Counted from the first letter of the stretch, positions 7,938-18,372 are shown. The stretch: DNA of 64,000 nt from Vicinamibacterales bacterium (GCA_041394705.1 JAWKHS010000022.1:17299-81298), one strand, 5' to 3'. Notes: generated by a model from the letters alone, not told the origin. Made by a program: numbers and translations.

Positions 7938-8819
7938 ATGGACGCGAGGCCTGGCAGCGGCCGGCTCGTCATCCTGGCCGCGGCGGCCGCGCTCGTGGCC
8001 CTCATCGGGGCCGCGCCACGGGCGCAGGAGGCCGCTGGGACCGCGCTGACATCCGAGTGGGTGCTCGCCGGCTCGCCCGCGGACGTCCTTGCGGCGGCGC
8101 GCGCGGAGCTCGTCGCGGAGGGCTTTGCCCTCGAGAAGGACATACCCGCCTCGGGGCTGCTGGTGACGCGTCCGCACGCCTACGCGGCCGGGTGGCCAGA
8201 CGCCGACGCAATCGGACTGGCCGCCAACCGCCACCCGCGATCGGTCGCGCTGCACGTGTTCGTCCCACCCGCGTTCTCGCCGGCGCGTCTCGCCGTCGGG
8301 GCCGTGGTCGACATGGACGTCACGGTCGTGCCGCTCACGGGCAAGCGGAGCCGGGGCACGGCCACGGCCTACGGCCAGGCGCCGTTGGCGGCCGAATTCG
8401 CCGAGCGCATCGCCCGCCGGGCCGGCCTGGCGGCCCAGCCCCTTCCGGACGATCCGGCCGCGCGCACCGCGCTGTCGACGACCGCCGCTGCCGGCGGCGC
8501 ATCGACGTGCGGCGTGCCGGCGCGGCTGGCGCTCGGCGACCCGGCGGCCACGACCTCCGCCCTGAACTTCGTGAACCCGGAGTACCCGCCGGCGGAGCTC
8601 GCCCGCTTCCGTGGCGGCGAAGTCCTATTGCAGGGTGAAGTGACCGAGCACGGCACCGTGACGGCGCTGCGCTGGGTGGGCGGCGTCGAGGACGCGAACC
8701 TGGTGGCGGCCGCGCGTGGCGCCGCGAGCCTGTGGCGCTTCCGGCCCACCATCGTCGAGGGGTGCCCGGCGCGCCGCGAGGTGCGCATCGCGATGTCCTT
8801 CGAGATTCGGCGCGGGTAG
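7938..8819 (+). CDS. Exported protein with a C-terminal TonB-like domain
   Basis: ORF 7860..8819 was trimmed to ATG 7938, with GGGAG at 7925-7929. Signal peptide is ...LVILAAAAALVALIGAAPRAQE. The C-terminus, NPEYPPAELARFRGGEVLLQGEVTEHGTVTALRWV...AAARGAASLWRFRP, resembles TonB_C. Confidence 0.7.
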   Translation: MDARPGSGRLVILAAAAALVALIGAAPRAQEAAGTALTSEWVLAGSPADVLAAARAELVAEGFALEKDIPASGLLVTRPHAYAAGWPDADAIGLAANRHPRSVALHVFVPPAFSPARLAVGAVVDMDVTVVPLTGKRSRGTATAYGQAPLAAEFAERIARRAGLAAQPLPDDPAARTALSTTAAAGGASTCGVPARLALGDPAATTSALNFVNPEYPPAELARFRGGEVLLQGEVTEHGTVTALRWVGGVEDANLVAAARGAASLWRFRPTIVEGCPARREVRIAMSFEIRRG

Positions 8820-8841
8820 CGCAGCCAGCGCGCCCAGGCCG

Positions 8842-10932
8842 TCAGCAGATCAGCTGATCGACGGGCACGGGCCGTCCGAAGAGGTAGCCCTGCATCACGG
8901 TGCAGCCCAGCTGCAAGAGCGCGTCGCGCTGCGCCGGCCGCTCCACGCCCTCGGCCACGACGTCCATCGCGAGGCTGCGCGCCACGCCGATGATGGCGGT
9001 GACGATGGCGGCATCGCGTTCGTCGGTCGTGATGTTGCGCGTGAACGACTTGTCGATCTTCAGGGCGTCGAGGGGCAGCGCCTTCAGGTAGGTCAGCGAC
9101 GAGTACCCGGTGCCGAAGTCGTCGAGGACGATGGAGAAGCCGGCGTCCTTGAGCAGCCGCAGGGTCGGCACCGCCCTGGCGTGATCGGCCAGCACGCTCT
9201 CGGTGATCTCCAGCGACACCGAGGACGGCGACAGGCCCGACGCCGTCACGGCTCCCACGAGCGTGTCCACGACGTCCGGGCGCTTGAACTGCTGTGTCGA
9301 GATGTTCACCGACACGCGCACGCCGCGGGAGTGCCAGCCGCGGGCCATCGACTCGGCGCTCGCCTTGCGCAGGATCCAGCGGCCCATCTCGTGGATGGAG
9401 CCGCACTCCTCGGCCACGTGGATGAACTGTGCCGGCGGGACGAGGCCGGCCTCGGGCCGGTGCCACCGCATCAGCGCCTCGACGGCCACGACGCGGTTGG
9501 TCCGGCCGTCGACCTGCGGCTGGAAGAACGCCACGAGCTCGTCGTTCGCGACCGCGCGGCGCAGGTGTCCTTCGAGCAGCAGCCGCTGCAGGGCCGCGTC
9601 GTTCACGCTGCTGCTGAAGAACTGGAAGCAGTCGCGGCCCGAGTCCTTCGCGTGGTAGAGCGCGGCGTCGGCGTTCTTGAACAGGTCCTCCACCGTGTCC
9701 CCGTCCTGGGGAAAGAGGCTGATGCCCATGCTGGTGGTGACGCAGACGTCGCCGTACGGCGCCAGCGCGATGGGCTGCTTCAGGGCGTCCTGCAGGCGGC
9801 GGGCGATTCTCGGCACGTCCTCCACGCGGTCCAGGTCGCCAATCGCCAGGATGAACTCGTCGCCGCCCAGGCGGGCCACGGTGCCCACCTCGCCGTCGCC
9901 GTGCCGGTCGCGGGTGAAGAGGTCGGTGTCGCGCACGGTGTCGCGGAACCGGGCCGCCACGACCCTGAGCAGCTCGTCGCCGGCCGAGTGCCCCATGGTG
10001 TCGTTCACGCTCTTGAAGTTGTCGAGGTCCACGAAGAGCGTCGCCACGAGCTGGTTGCGGCGCCGGGCGGTGCCGAGCATCCCGCGCAGCCGCTCGGTGA
10101 AGAGCATGCGGTTGGGCAGGTTCGTGAGCGCGTCGTAGTAGGCCAGGAAGCGGATGCGGCTCTCGGCGGCGTTGCGCTCCGTCACGTCCTGCAGCGTGCC
10201 CATCACGCGCTCGGGCCGGCCCGACTCGTCGTAGGCGGCCTCGCCCTGGGCGTGCAGCACCTTGGCCTGGCCATCGTCGCGGGCCAGCCGGAGATCGAGG
10301 GCGAAGGAGGCGGCCCCCGCGTGAATGGCCGCCAGCGTCCGGCGCGCGCTCTGCTGGTCGTCGGGGTGCACGCGCGACAGGAACTCGGCCATCGTGACCG
10401 CGCCGTCCTCGTCGTCGAGGCCGAGCAGCCGCCGCACCTCCGCGGATGACGCCACGCGGTCGGCCGCCGTGTCCCACACCCAGTTGCCGATGCGCGCGAT
10501 GCGCTGCGTATGCGCCAGGCTCGACTCGGTCCGCCGGAGAGCGTCGACGGCGTGCGCCACGCGCAGCATCTCGCGGACCCGGTGCACGATCAGGGACGCG
10601 GGCGCCGTGCGGGCGGCGACATCGGTCGCGCCGGCCTCGAGCCCGGCGTCCACGAGCGGCGAATCGTAGGCGGGCACCAGGAGCAGCACCGGCCGATCGC
10701 CCTCGCCGAAGGCCGCTGGGAGCGCCAGCAGGTCGGAGCCGCTGCCCAGTTCCGTATCCAGGACGACGGCCCCAGGCTGAGCGGTCGGGAAGGCGGAGGC
10801 GATGTGCTCGAGGTTGCCGGCACAGGCCACGCTGAAGCCGTCGCGCTCGAACGCCGTGGCCACGTCGTGGCGGCGGTCGGACGCCAGGGCCAGGACCACG
10901 TGCGGCGGGGAGGCCGGACGGGGATCGGTCAC
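8842..10932 (-). CDS. Receiver-PAS-GGDEF-EAL signalling protein (c-di-GMP turnover)
   Basis: The N-terminal CheY-like domain carries acceptor Asp in AVVLDTEL, but several other receiver positions look atypical. A PAS region follows. The GGDEF motif is intact (RLGGDEF). The EAL domain is intact (EALMRW ... DDFGTGYSSL). Confidence 0.9.
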   Translation of the reverse strand: MTDPRPASPPHVVLALASDRRHDVATAFERDGFSVACAGNLEHIASAFPTAQPGAVVLDTELGSGSDLLALPAAFGEGDRPVLLLVPAYDSPLVDAGLEAGATDVAARTAPASLIVHRVREMLRVAHAVDALRRTESSLAHTQRIARIGNWVWDTAADRVASSAEVRRLLGLDDEDGAVTMAEFLSRVHPDDQQSARRTLAAIHAGAASFALDLRLARDDGQAKVLHAQGEAAYDESGRPERVMGTLQDVTERNAAESRIRFLAYYDALTNLPNRMLFTERLRGMLGTARRRNQLVATLFVDLDNFKSVNDTMGHSAGDELLRVVAARFRDTVRDTDLFTRDRHGDGEVGTVARLGGDEFILAIGDLDRVEDVPRIARRLQDALKQPIALAPYGDVCVTTSMGISLFPQDGDTVEDLFKNADAALYHAKDSGRDCFQFFSSSVNDAALQRLLLEGHLRRAVANDELVAFFQPQVDGRTNRVVAVEALMRWHRPEAGLVPPAQFIHVAEECGSIHEMGRWILRKASAESMARGWHSRGVRVSVNISTQQFKRPDVVDTLVGAVTASGLSPSSVSLEITESVLADHARAVPTLRLLKDAGFSIVLDDFGTGYSSLTYLKALPLDALKIDKSFTRNITTDERDAAIVTAIIGVARSLAMDVVAEGVERPAQRDALLQLGCTVMQGYLFGRPVPVDQLIC

Positions 10933-11032
10933 TGCTGTGCTCGACGGACGGTGGTCACTGGAGGGGAATATCGGCGCGGGACCGGGCCACGAATAGGCGC
11001 CGGCGCGTCGAGCGGCGCACGGCGGCGCCGGG

Positions 11033-11680
11033 TCAGCGCCCGGCCAGCTCGTCGTCGAGCCCGGCGAGCGCCGCCAGGAACTCGGCCAGGATCATGGCGG
11101 TGGCCCCCCACACCTTCGCGCCGTCGATGGCGAAGTACGGGACGTCCATGAGGTCCGCGGGCGGGCGCTCGCGCACGCGCTGCTCCCAGTGCACGGCATC
11201 CGGGGCGCGGAAGCGCGACACGGGCACTTCGAGCAGGCGATCCACTTCGGCCTCGGCGATCCGGAAGGCCGGGCGGGCGGCCGCCACCCCGACCACCGGG
11301 TGCAGCACGTGCCCGCTGACCGGAATGTGGAGGGGCGTCAGGCGGCCCACGAGGTCGACCGTCCGGACGTCGAGGCCGACTTCCTCCTCGGCTTCACGAA
11401 GCGCCGTCTGCTCCATCGACTCTCCGGGATCCACCCGGCCTCCCGGCAGCGAGACCTGTCCGGTGTGGTGGCGGAGCCGCGAACCCCGGACCGTCAGCGG
11501 GACGTGCCACTCGCCCTGGTGGGGATACACCAGCAGCAGGCCGGCGGCGTCCCGCAGGCCGTTCGGAACGGTTCGCGGGTCCCATCCGGGACGGGGCCGC
11601 GGGGCCATCCGGAGCTGCGCGTCCACGCCCGGCAACGGGCCCGACAGGCGGCGGCGCAGCGCGGCGGCGAGAGCGTCCAT
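11033..11680 (-). CDS. Nudix hydrolase, CoA pyrophosphatase type
   Basis: Nudix box GGRVDPGESMEQTALREAEEEVGL. It is preceded by the CoA-pyrophosphatase-type motif LTVRGSRLRHHTGQVSLPGG. Confidence 0.9.
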   Translation of the reverse strand: MDALAAALRRRLSGPLPGVDAQLRMAPRPRPGWDPRTVPNGLRDAAGLLLVYPHQGEWHVPLTVRGSRLRHHTGQVSLPGGRVDPGESMEQTALREAEEEVGLDVRTVDLVGRLTPLHIPVSGHVLHPVVGVAAARPAFRIAEAEVDRLLEVPVSRFRAPDAVHWEQRVRERPPADLMDVPYFAIDGAKVWGATAMILAEFLAALAGLDDELAGR

Positions 11681-11830
11681 CGGTCACCATCGTACCGCGA
11701 CGGCGACCTCGCCCCTCCGGGTGCGGCCATCGTCGTCGCCCGTTCGCCATCGCCGGTGGTCCCCGGATGGTTGACGGGACTCGGCCAGTCCGGCCACAGT
11801 GCTCGCGTCGCGCCCGGCGCGACAAGGAGG

Positions 11831-13579
11831 ATGTCCGTGCCACGTCTGGAAATGCACCTTGGCGCCGCCGTGCTGTCCGCAGCGCTCGCCACCGCGGGCT
11901 GCAGCCGCGCGCCCGCCGTCGAACCCGCCACGCTGGTGCTGCGGAACGGGACGATCGTCACGATGGACCCCGCCACGCCTGAGGCGCAGGCCCTCGCGGT
12001 GCGTGGTGATCGCATCGTCGCGGTCGGCACCGTGGACGAGATCCAGCCCTACGTGGGACCGGCCACCGAGGTGGTGGACCTCGCGGGCCTCACCGCCGTG
12101 CCGGGCCTCATCGAAGGGCACGGGCACTTCGTGGGGTTGGGCCAGTCGAAGATGGTCCTCGACCTGATGGACGTGGCGAGCTGGGACGAGATCGTCCGCC
12201 TGGTCGGCGAGGCGGCGGCCAAGGCACAGCCCGGCGAGTGGATCCGCGGGCGCGGCTGGCACCAGGAGAAGTGGACGTCGGTGCCGCAGCCCAACGTCGA
12301 GGGGTTCCCGCTCCACGACGCTCTCAGCAAGGTGTCGCCCGACAATCCCGTGCTGCTCGAGCACGCCAGCGGCCACGCGACCTTCGTGAACGCCAAGGCC
12401 ATGCAGGAGGCCGGCATCACGGCGTCGACGCGGAACCCGCCCGGCGGCGAGATCCTCAAGGACCGCGCGGGCCGGCCCATCGGCGTGCTGCGGGAGACCG
12501 CGTCTGGTCTGGCCAGCCGCGCGCTCGGCGCGTGGCAGGCGACGAAGACTCCCGAAGCCCAGGCCGCCGACCAGCGCCGCCAGATCGACCTGGCGGTGCA
12601 GGCTGCGCTCGAACAGGGCATCACCTCGTTCCAGGACGCCGGCGAGCCGTTCACCACGGTGGACGTGCTCAAGCAGGCCGCCGCCGACGGCGCGCTCGGC
12701 ATCCGGCTCTGGGTGATGGTGCGCGACTCGAACGAGAACATCGCGGCGAAGATGGCGTCCTACAAGGCCGTCGGCCTGGCCGATCACCATCTGACGATTG
12801 CTGCGATCAAGAAGACCATCGACGGCGCGATCGGATCGCGCGGGGCGTGGCTGCTCGAGCCCTACAGCGACCTCCCGACCTCGACGGGCCTGAACACGTC
12901 GCCCGTGGACGAGGTGAAGGCGCTGGCGGAACTGGCGGCCGCCAACGGCGTCCAGCTGGGCGTCCACGCCATCGGCGACCGCGCCAACCGCGAGGTGCTC
13001 GACATCTACGAGGCGACCTTCAAGGCGCATCCCGACGTGACCGACTGGCGGTGGCGCATCGAGCACGCGCAGCACCTGAGCGCGGCCGACATCCCGCGCT
13101 TCGGGCAACTGGGGGTCATCGCGTCGATGCAGGGCATCCACGCCACGTCCGACGCGCCGTACGTGACGGCGCGCCTGGGCGAAGCGCGCGTGGCCGAGGG
13201 GGCCTACGTGTGGCAGAAGCTCATGAAGAGCGGCGCGGTCGTGTCCAACGGCACCGACGTGCCCGTGGAACGGATCGACCCGATGCCGAACTTCTACGCG
13301 TCGGTCGCCCGCAAGATGAAGGACGGCACCCCCTTCACGCCCGATCAGGCCATGAGCCGGGAGGAGGCGCTCCGCTCGTACACCATGAACGCGGCCTTCG
13401 CGGCCAAGGAAGAGGCGGTGAAGGGCTCGCTCACGGTCGGCAAGCTCGCCGACGTCACGGTGCTGACGCGCGACATCATGCGCGTGCCCGAGGACCAGAT
13501 CTCGGACACGCGCGTGGCCTACACGATCGTGGGCGGCAAGATTCTGTACCGGGGCGCCACCGCCAGCACGTCACGCTGA
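11831..13579 (+). CDS. Amidohydrolase-3 family metallohydrolase (YtcJ-like), lipoprotein
   Basis: ORF 11189..13579 was trimmed, because the upstream part is antisense to the Nudix gene. AAGGAGG lies at 11824-11830. The start is ATG 11831 or in-frame GTG 11837. Lipobox LATAGC, metal motif LIEGHGHF. Confidence 0.85.
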   Translation: MSVPRLEMHLGAAVLSAALATAGCSRAPAVEPATLVLRNGTIVTMDPATPEAQALAVRGDRIVAVGTVDEIQPYVGPATEVVDLAGLTAVPGLIEGHGHFVGLGQSKMVLDLMDVASWDEIVRLVGEAAAKAQPGEWIRGRGWHQEKWTSVPQPNVEGFPLHDALSKVSPDNPVLLEHASGHATFVNAKAMQEAGITASTRNPPGGEILKDRAGRPIGVLRETASGLASRALGAWQATKTPEAQAADQRRQIDLAVQAALEQGITSFQDAGEPFTTVDVLKQAAADGALGIRLWVMVRDSNENIAAKMASYKAVGLADHHLTIAAIKKTIDGAIGSRGAWLLEPYSDLPTSTGLNTSPVDEVKALAELAAANGVQLGVHAIGDRANREVLDIYEATFKAHPDVTDWRWRIEHAQHLSAADIPRFGQLGVIASMQGIHATSDAPYVTARLGEARVAEGAYVWQKLMKSGAVVSNGTDVPVERIDPMPNFYASVARKMKDGTPFTPDQAMSREEALRSYTMNAAFAAKEEAVKGSLTVGKLADVTVLTRDIMRVPEDQISDTRVAYTIVGGKILYRGATASTSR

Positions 13580-13586
13580 TGGAGAC

Positions 13587-13609
13587 GGGGGGTGGCCCGG
13601 CCGCCCCCC
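13587..13609. terminator. GC-rich hairpin between the convergent amidohydrolase and mscL genes
   Basis: GGGGGGTGGC-ccg-GCCGCCCCCC forms a 10-bp stem with one G:U pair. No clear U-tract follows on either strand. Confidence 0.45.
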
Positions 13610-13624
13610 AACTCGCCGCGCCGC

Positions 13625-14050
13625 CTACTTCTTCAGCGCGTCCCTGATCTCGCGGAGGAGCAGGACGTCCTCGGGCGTGGGCGGCGGCGCCGCCGGCGCC
13701 GCCGGCGCGGGACGCCGGGCCGCGTTGATGCCCTTGACCATCAGGAAGATCACGAAGCCGACGATCACCAGGTTGATCACGGTGTTGAGAAACGCGCCGA
13801 TGTTCATCGTCACCGCCCCGGCCTCCTTGGCCGCCGCCAGCGAGGCGTAGGGCCCGGCCGTGGCGCCCTCCTTCAGGGTCAGGAAGATGTTCGAGAAGTC
13901 GGTCCCGCCCGTGGCGAGCCCGATCGGCGGCATCATGATGTCGCTCACGAACGACCCTGCCATGGCGCCGAAGGCCCCGCCGATGATCACGCCCACGGCG
14001 AGGTCGAACGCATTGCCCTTGACGATGAATTCCTTGAACTCGTTCAGCAT
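13625..14050 (-). CDS. mscL: Large-conductance mechanosensitive channel
   Basis: MLNEFKEFIVKGNAFDLAVGVIIGGAFGAMAGSFVSDIMMPPIG... is a near-canonical MscL N-terminus. GGAGG lies 5 nt upstream of ATG 14050. Confidence 0.95.
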   Translation of the reverse strand: MLNEFKEFIVKGNAFDLAVGVIIGGAFGAMAGSFVSDIMMPPIGLATGGTDFSNIFLTLKEGATAGPYASLAAAKEAGAVTMNIGAFLNTVINLVIVGFVIFLMVKGINAARRPAPAAPAAPPPTPEDVLLLREIRDALKK

Positions 14051-14158
14051 CACACCCTCCGGTACATGCAACGGCGGCACGAGTACATGAAGCTGTCCGC
14101 CCCAACGGCCCACGACCCGAACCACGGGCCCCGGTCCCCGGTTCTTACTGAGCACTCC

Positions 14159-14938
14159 TCAGAACTTGTAGACCACCGACAGCACGACCGACTGGTCGGC
14201 CTTCTGCAGCGTGGGGTCCGTCAGCTTGTTCTTGAAGGTCGAGAGGAACTCCGTCTTCAGGTCGAAGTTGCCCGCCACCGACGTGAGGAGCCCCGCCGAG
14301 AACGTGTAGAAGGCGTCCTCGAAGTCCTGCATCTTCCACAGGCCGCTGGCGGCGTGCGTCAGCTTCGATTTCTCTCCCAGCTTGAAGGCGAACTTCTCCC
14401 CGGCCAGGACGGCTCCGCTCGTGTCCACGTCGAACCCCTGGTTCTTCTCGAACACCAGGCCGACGCTGCCATCGGTCGTCCACTCGGCCCGGTCGGTCAC
14501 GAGCACCTTGTAGCTCAGGCCGGTCGTGGGCGCGATCAGGTAGTCGATGTCCTTGAAGCGATCGCGGGCGAAGGTGCCCAGGCCGAAGGCCGAGAGCCGG
14601 GGCGACAGTCGGTAGTCCGCGCGGACGTCCGCCTGCGAGCGATCCACGTTCGACTCGCCGCCGCTCGAGCCCTTCAGGACGAGGCCCGTGGACTTGAAGA
14701 CGAAGTCGGTACCGTAGTCCCTGAGGACGTCGTATCCGACGTTCGTCGTCGATGTATCCGCGTTGCCGCTCGTCACGGCCAGACCGCCGCCGATCGATCC
14801 CGCCCAGCCGGGGGGCGGAGGCGGCGGAGCCGCCGGCGCCTGCGCGAGCGCGGGCGCCGACGCCAGAACCGACAGGCACGCAAACAGGAACAGGAACCGG
14901 ACCGGCGCGCCGGCGCGCGTCACACCACCGTTGTGCAC
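14159..14938 (-). CDS. Outer-membrane beta-barrel protein, DUF481-like
   Basis: ORF 14159..15367 was trimmed to GTG 14938, with GGAGGAG a few nt upstream. A signal peptide ends in ALAQA. Alternating beta-strand pattern, terminal aromatic residue (..VVYKF). Confidence 0.7.
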   Translation of the reverse strand: MHNGGVTRAGAPVRFLFLFACLSVLASAPALAQAPAAPPPPPPGWAGSIGGGLAVTSGNADTSTTNVGYDVLRDYGTDFVFKSTGLVLKGSSGGESNVDRSQADVRADYRLSPRLSAFGLGTFARDRFKDIDYLIAPTTGLSYKVLVTDRAEWTTDGSVGLVFEKNQGFDVDTSGAVLAGEKFAFKLGEKSKLTHAASGLWKMQDFEDAFYTFSAGLLTSVAGNFDLKTEFLSTFKNKLTDPTLQKADQSVVLSVVYKF

Positions 14939-14999
14939 GAAACTCCTCCCCTCGCAGTCACTCGACGCGCGACCGAGGGGGGACGGCGGCAGACGGAAA

Positions 15000-17432
15000 C
15001 TACAGGCGTAGAAGATAACTGATCTTGAGGAAGAATCCATCCGTGCGCCGGCCGTAGGCCGACCGGCGGCCCGGCCGGATCGGGTCGTCGTCGGCGGCCA
15101 GGCTGCTGCCGTAGCCCGCGAACACGACCGTGCCAGGCGTGGGCTGATAGGAGAACAGGGTGTCGAGGCGCAGCCGGCGCGTGGAAAGCCGGCTGGCCGG
15201 CGCGAGGCGGCCGTCGGGCCCACGGATGACGATCGGGAGGTTCGTGCGCGAGTCGTCCCGAAGCGCGTCCTGGTAGTTGGCGTCCTGCTCGGCGATGACG
15301 CGCACGAAGATCGGCCGCGCCACCTGGTACTCGACGCGCAGCCGCGGAATCCGACGGATGCCCGCATACGACCCGTCGGAGCGCCGCTGGTACGACTGCA
15401 GCTGATAGCGGCCCTCGACGCGCAGCTGGTTGGTCGGCCGCCACGTGGCCAGCGCGTCCAGGAAGACGATGTCGGCCGACGACCACTCGAAGAAGTTCTC
15501 GTCCTTCCCCCAGACGGCCAGGAGCGTGCCGTTCAGGCCCCCGCGCGTCGGCGTCTCGGCCGACAGTACGTAGTCGAGGTTCGGCAGCCGGCGCGTGCCG
15601 ACGTACGGCTCGTATCGCACCGCGCCGTCCGGGCCCGGCACGGCGACGAAGTAGTCGCGGTAGAGCCGCTCGTCGTAGCCGAAGGACTCGAAGAGCACGG
15701 AGCCGCCCACCTTCCAGCCACCGTTCAAGGTGAGGTTCTGGTTGAAGTGGAGCTTCCGATCCTGCGACGACTCGCCGGCCACGAAGCGGTCGTACACCCA
15801 GGTGCCGTCGACGACGACGTCGCTCGAGAAGCGCTGGAACCACTGCCCCGCGCCGCCCAGCGCGACCAGCTGGTTCGTCATGGACAGCTGGGCGATGCCG
15901 CCGCGCGTGATGAACCCGGCCTGCGCCTGGAAGTCGGGGTCGATGCCCCGCGCCTGCACCCGCAGGCCATACCGCCGGCCGGCGCGGTTGAACGTCGCCT
16001 GCCAGAGCGGGGCGGTCCGCACCGCCGCCACCGTGTCGGTGCGGCTGGCCGCACCCTGCAGGAGCAGCGAGTAGATGTCCTTCCACACCAGCCGGGTGTC
16101 GAGCCCGATGACGCGGTTCGACCGCGGCCCGTCGACCCGGTCCGTGTACACGAGGCCGATCTTCGAGGACGTGCCCACGTCGCGCTGCGCCCTCAGCACG
16201 TTGAACACCGGGTGGTCGCGTCCGCTGGCCGACACGGACGGATCGTCCACGGCCGACAGGTACGCCACGCTCGTCGAGGGCGTGAGGCGGCCCGTGACCT
16301 TCGCGGCGGCCAGCGGCGCCACCACGCGCCGGGTGTAGATCAGGTTGTTCGGCGTCGCGTACTGCTCAATGCCGTCCAGGAAGAACGGCCGCTTGTCGGG
16401 AAAGAACAGCGCCTGCCGAGGGTCGAACTGGAACTGCCCGGCGTCGGCCTCCACCTGCGAGAAGTCGGGATTGACGGTGCCGTTCAGGGTCAGCGTCTGG
16501 GTCACGCCCCATCGCACGTTGAGCCCCCAGTCGGGACGCCCGCCGTCGTAGGCCCAGCCACCGCCGGTCTCCGATGGCGTGCCGTCGACGCGCGACGTGA
16601 CCACGGGGTTCAGGTCCAGCACCAGGCCGCGGCGAAGGTCGTGCAGCCCCTCGAGGGTGCCCGCCTGCGAAAGGAACGAGGCGCCCTCCCGACGCGCGGG
16701 CGCCCAGCTGTCCTCCACCCCGGCACGGGGACTCACCCGGGTCACGTGCAGGCCCCACCGCTGCCGCTCGGCGGCCTGATAGCGCAGGCTCTTGAACGGG
16801 ATGCGGATCTCGACGACGTACCCGTCGGCGTCCACGAGGCCCCGCGACTGGAAGACGAAGTCCGGACTGCGGTCGAACTCCTCGCGGCCCACGGCCAGGC
16901 CCGAGAAGCCGCCACCCGACGAGCGCAGCCCTTCCACGAGCGCGCCGTCCATCTGCACGCCGAGCGGGTTGACGGCGAAGACGAACGCCTGCCGGCCGTC
17001 GCCGAACGTGCTCAGGAAGATCTGCACGTGGTCGTCGGCGTCGATGCGATCCCGGTCGGCCAGCGTCGCCTGCACGCCGTCCGGTCCCGCCTTCGCCCGG
17101 ACGCCGAAGTAGATGGCGGTCGGCGAGTACCACACGAGGATGTCGGTCTGGCGCTCGGCGGCGCCGCCGTCCACGGGCGCGTAGCGGGAGAAACCGGTGA
17201 GGTGGGCCGCCGCCTGCCACACGGGCTCGTCGAGCTGGCCGTCGATCACGGGCTCGGTCTCGACCCGGGGCGGATCCACCTGGAGCCGCCGGTCGAGGCC
17301 CGAGAACACCGCGCTGGCCTCGGGCGCTCCGGACGGCACCGACACCGGGGGCGCCTGCCCCGCGGCCGCCGCCGGCAGCCAGGCCGCCAGCACGGGGACG
17401 AGGACGACCGCCCGACGAATCACGCTGAACAC
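15000..17432 (-). CDS. Exported CBM9-like plus DUF5916-type outer-membrane protein
   Basis: ORF 15000..18431 was trimmed to GTG 17432 (or 17423); the upstream part is antisense to the DUF1223 gene. Signal peptide VFSVIRRAVVLVPVLAAWLPAAAAG. The CBM9-like motif is IDGQLDEPVWQAAAHLTGFSRYAPVDG. A long beta-rich C-terminus ends in ..ISYLLRL. Confidence 0.8.
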   Translation of the reverse strand: MFSVIRRAVVLVPVLAAWLPAAAAGQAPPVSVPSGAPEASAVFSGLDRRLQVDPPRVETEPVIDGQLDEPVWQAAAHLTGFSRYAPVDGGAAERQTDILVWYSPTAIYFGVRAKAGPDGVQATLADRDRIDADDHVQIFLSTFGDGRQAFVFAVNPLGVQMDGALVEGLRSSGGGFSGLAVGREEFDRSPDFVFQSRGLVDADGYVVEIRIPFKSLRYQAAERQRWGLHVTRVSPRAGVEDSWAPARREGASFLSQAGTLEGLHDLRRGLVLDLNPVVTSRVDGTPSETGGGWAYDGGRPDWGLNVRWGVTQTLTLNGTVNPDFSQVEADAGQFQFDPRQALFFPDKRPFFLDGIEQYATPNNLIYTRRVVAPLAAAKVTGRLTPSTSVAYLSAVDDPSVSASGRDHPVFNVLRAQRDVGTSSKIGLVYTDRVDGPRSNRVIGLDTRLVWKDIYSLLLQGAASRTDTVAAVRTAPLWQATFNRAGRRYGLRVQARGIDPDFQAQAGFITRGGIAQLSMTNQLVALGGAGQWFQRFSSDVVVDGTWVYDRFVAGESSQDRKLHFNQNLTLNGGWKVGGSVLFESFGYDERLYRDYFVAVPGPDGAVRYEPYVGTRRLPNLDYVLSAETPTRGGLNGTLLAVWGKDENFFEWSSADIVFLDALATWRPTNQLRVEGRYQLQSYQRRSDGSYAGIRRIPRLRVEYQVARPIFVRVIAEQDANYQDALRDDSRTNLPIVIRGPDGRLAPASRLSTRRLRLDTLFSYQPTPGTVVFAGYGSSLAADDDPIRPGRRSAYGRRTDGFFLKISYLLRL

Positions 17433-17552
17433 GGTATCAGAGCGGGCACCGTCCCAGGCGCCGGGCGTCGCAGCCAGGGGTGACGGCCTGCGTGACGGAC
17501 CGGAATCTGTGGAATTCTTGGGGCGGTCCCGGACATCCAACAGGCAACGACC

Positions 17553-18359
17553 ATGCGCGACACACGACGGTGGATGGGAACGGCGGCGCTCGCCGCCCTC
17601 GGAGCGGCCGCGGTGGCCGTGCCGTGGACGTCCCGGGCCTCGGCCAGGGCCGAGGGCCCGAGGACGCCCGTGATCGTGGAGCTCTTCACCTCCGAGGGCT
17701 GTTCGAGCTGCCCGCCGGCCGACCGCCTCCTGCGCCACCTGGCCGAGGCGCAGCCGGTCGAGGGCGCCGAGGTGATCGTGCTCAGCGAGCACGTGGACTA
17801 CTGGAACCGCCTGGGGTGGAAGGATCCGTTCTCGTCGTCCGTCTTCACCGGCCGGCAGGAGGCCTACGTCTCCCGGCTGGGCGCCGAGTCGCTCTACACA
17901 CCCCAGGCCGTCGTCGACGGCATGTTCGAGATGATCGGCAACGACCAGCCGGCCGTGCTCGAGGCGGTCGCGAAGGCCGCGCGCCGTCCGAAGGTGCCGC
18001 TCGACGTGGCCGTGGCGTCCGCGGGCGCCGACGCCATCCGCGTCACGGTACGAAGCGGCCCCATCTCCGGCAGCCGGCTGGACCTGCTCATCGCCGTGAC
18101 CGAGCGCGACCTGAGCGTGAAGGTCACGCGCGGCGAGAACGCCAGGAAGACCCTCGCCCATACCGGCGTGGTGCGCGTCGTCCGCAGCGCGACGGGCCTC
18201 GACGGGCGCCTGGCGCTCGACACGCCGCCCCTCGAGCTCGCGCTGGATCGGCGCTGGTCCCGCGAGGCGCTGCGCGTGATCGCGTTCGCGCAATCGGCGG
18301 GACAGGGACCGGTGCTGGGCATCGGGACCGCGGCGGTGCCCGCACCGGACGGCCGCTGA
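17553..18359 (+). CDS. DUF1223 thioredoxin-like exported protein
   Basis: A signal peptide is followed by the family signature VIVELFTSEGCSSCPPADRLL. Confidence 0.85.
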   Translation: MRDTRRWMGTAALAALGAAAVAVPWTSRASARAEGPRTPVIVELFTSEGCSSCPPADRLLRHLAEAQPVEGAEVIVLSEHVDYWNRLGWKDPFSSSVFTGRQEAYVSRLGAESLYTPQAVVDGMFEMIGNDQPAVLEAVAKAARRPKVPLDVAVASAGADAIRVTVRSGPISGSRLDLLIAVTERDLSVKVTRGENARKTLAHTGVVRVVRSATGLDGRLALDTPPLELALDRRWSREALRVIAFAQSAGQGPVLGIGTAAVPAPDGR

Positions 18360-18372
18360 CGCCGTCGCCGCC

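Noticed and set aside
8842-10932. The receiver domain of the GGDEF-EAL protein as a degenerate pseudo-receiver.
   Set aside because: The acceptor Asp context (VVLDTEL) is present. The other positions (acidic pocket, Thr/Ser, Lys) look atypical, but I cannot align them reliably by eye, so no claim is made.
11189-11830. The N-terminal 214 codons of ORF 11189..13579.
   Set aside because: The extension is antisense to the well-supported Nudix gene and is Arg/His-rich. A strong AAGGAGG RBS plus a lipoprotein signal peptide mark the real start at 11831/11837.
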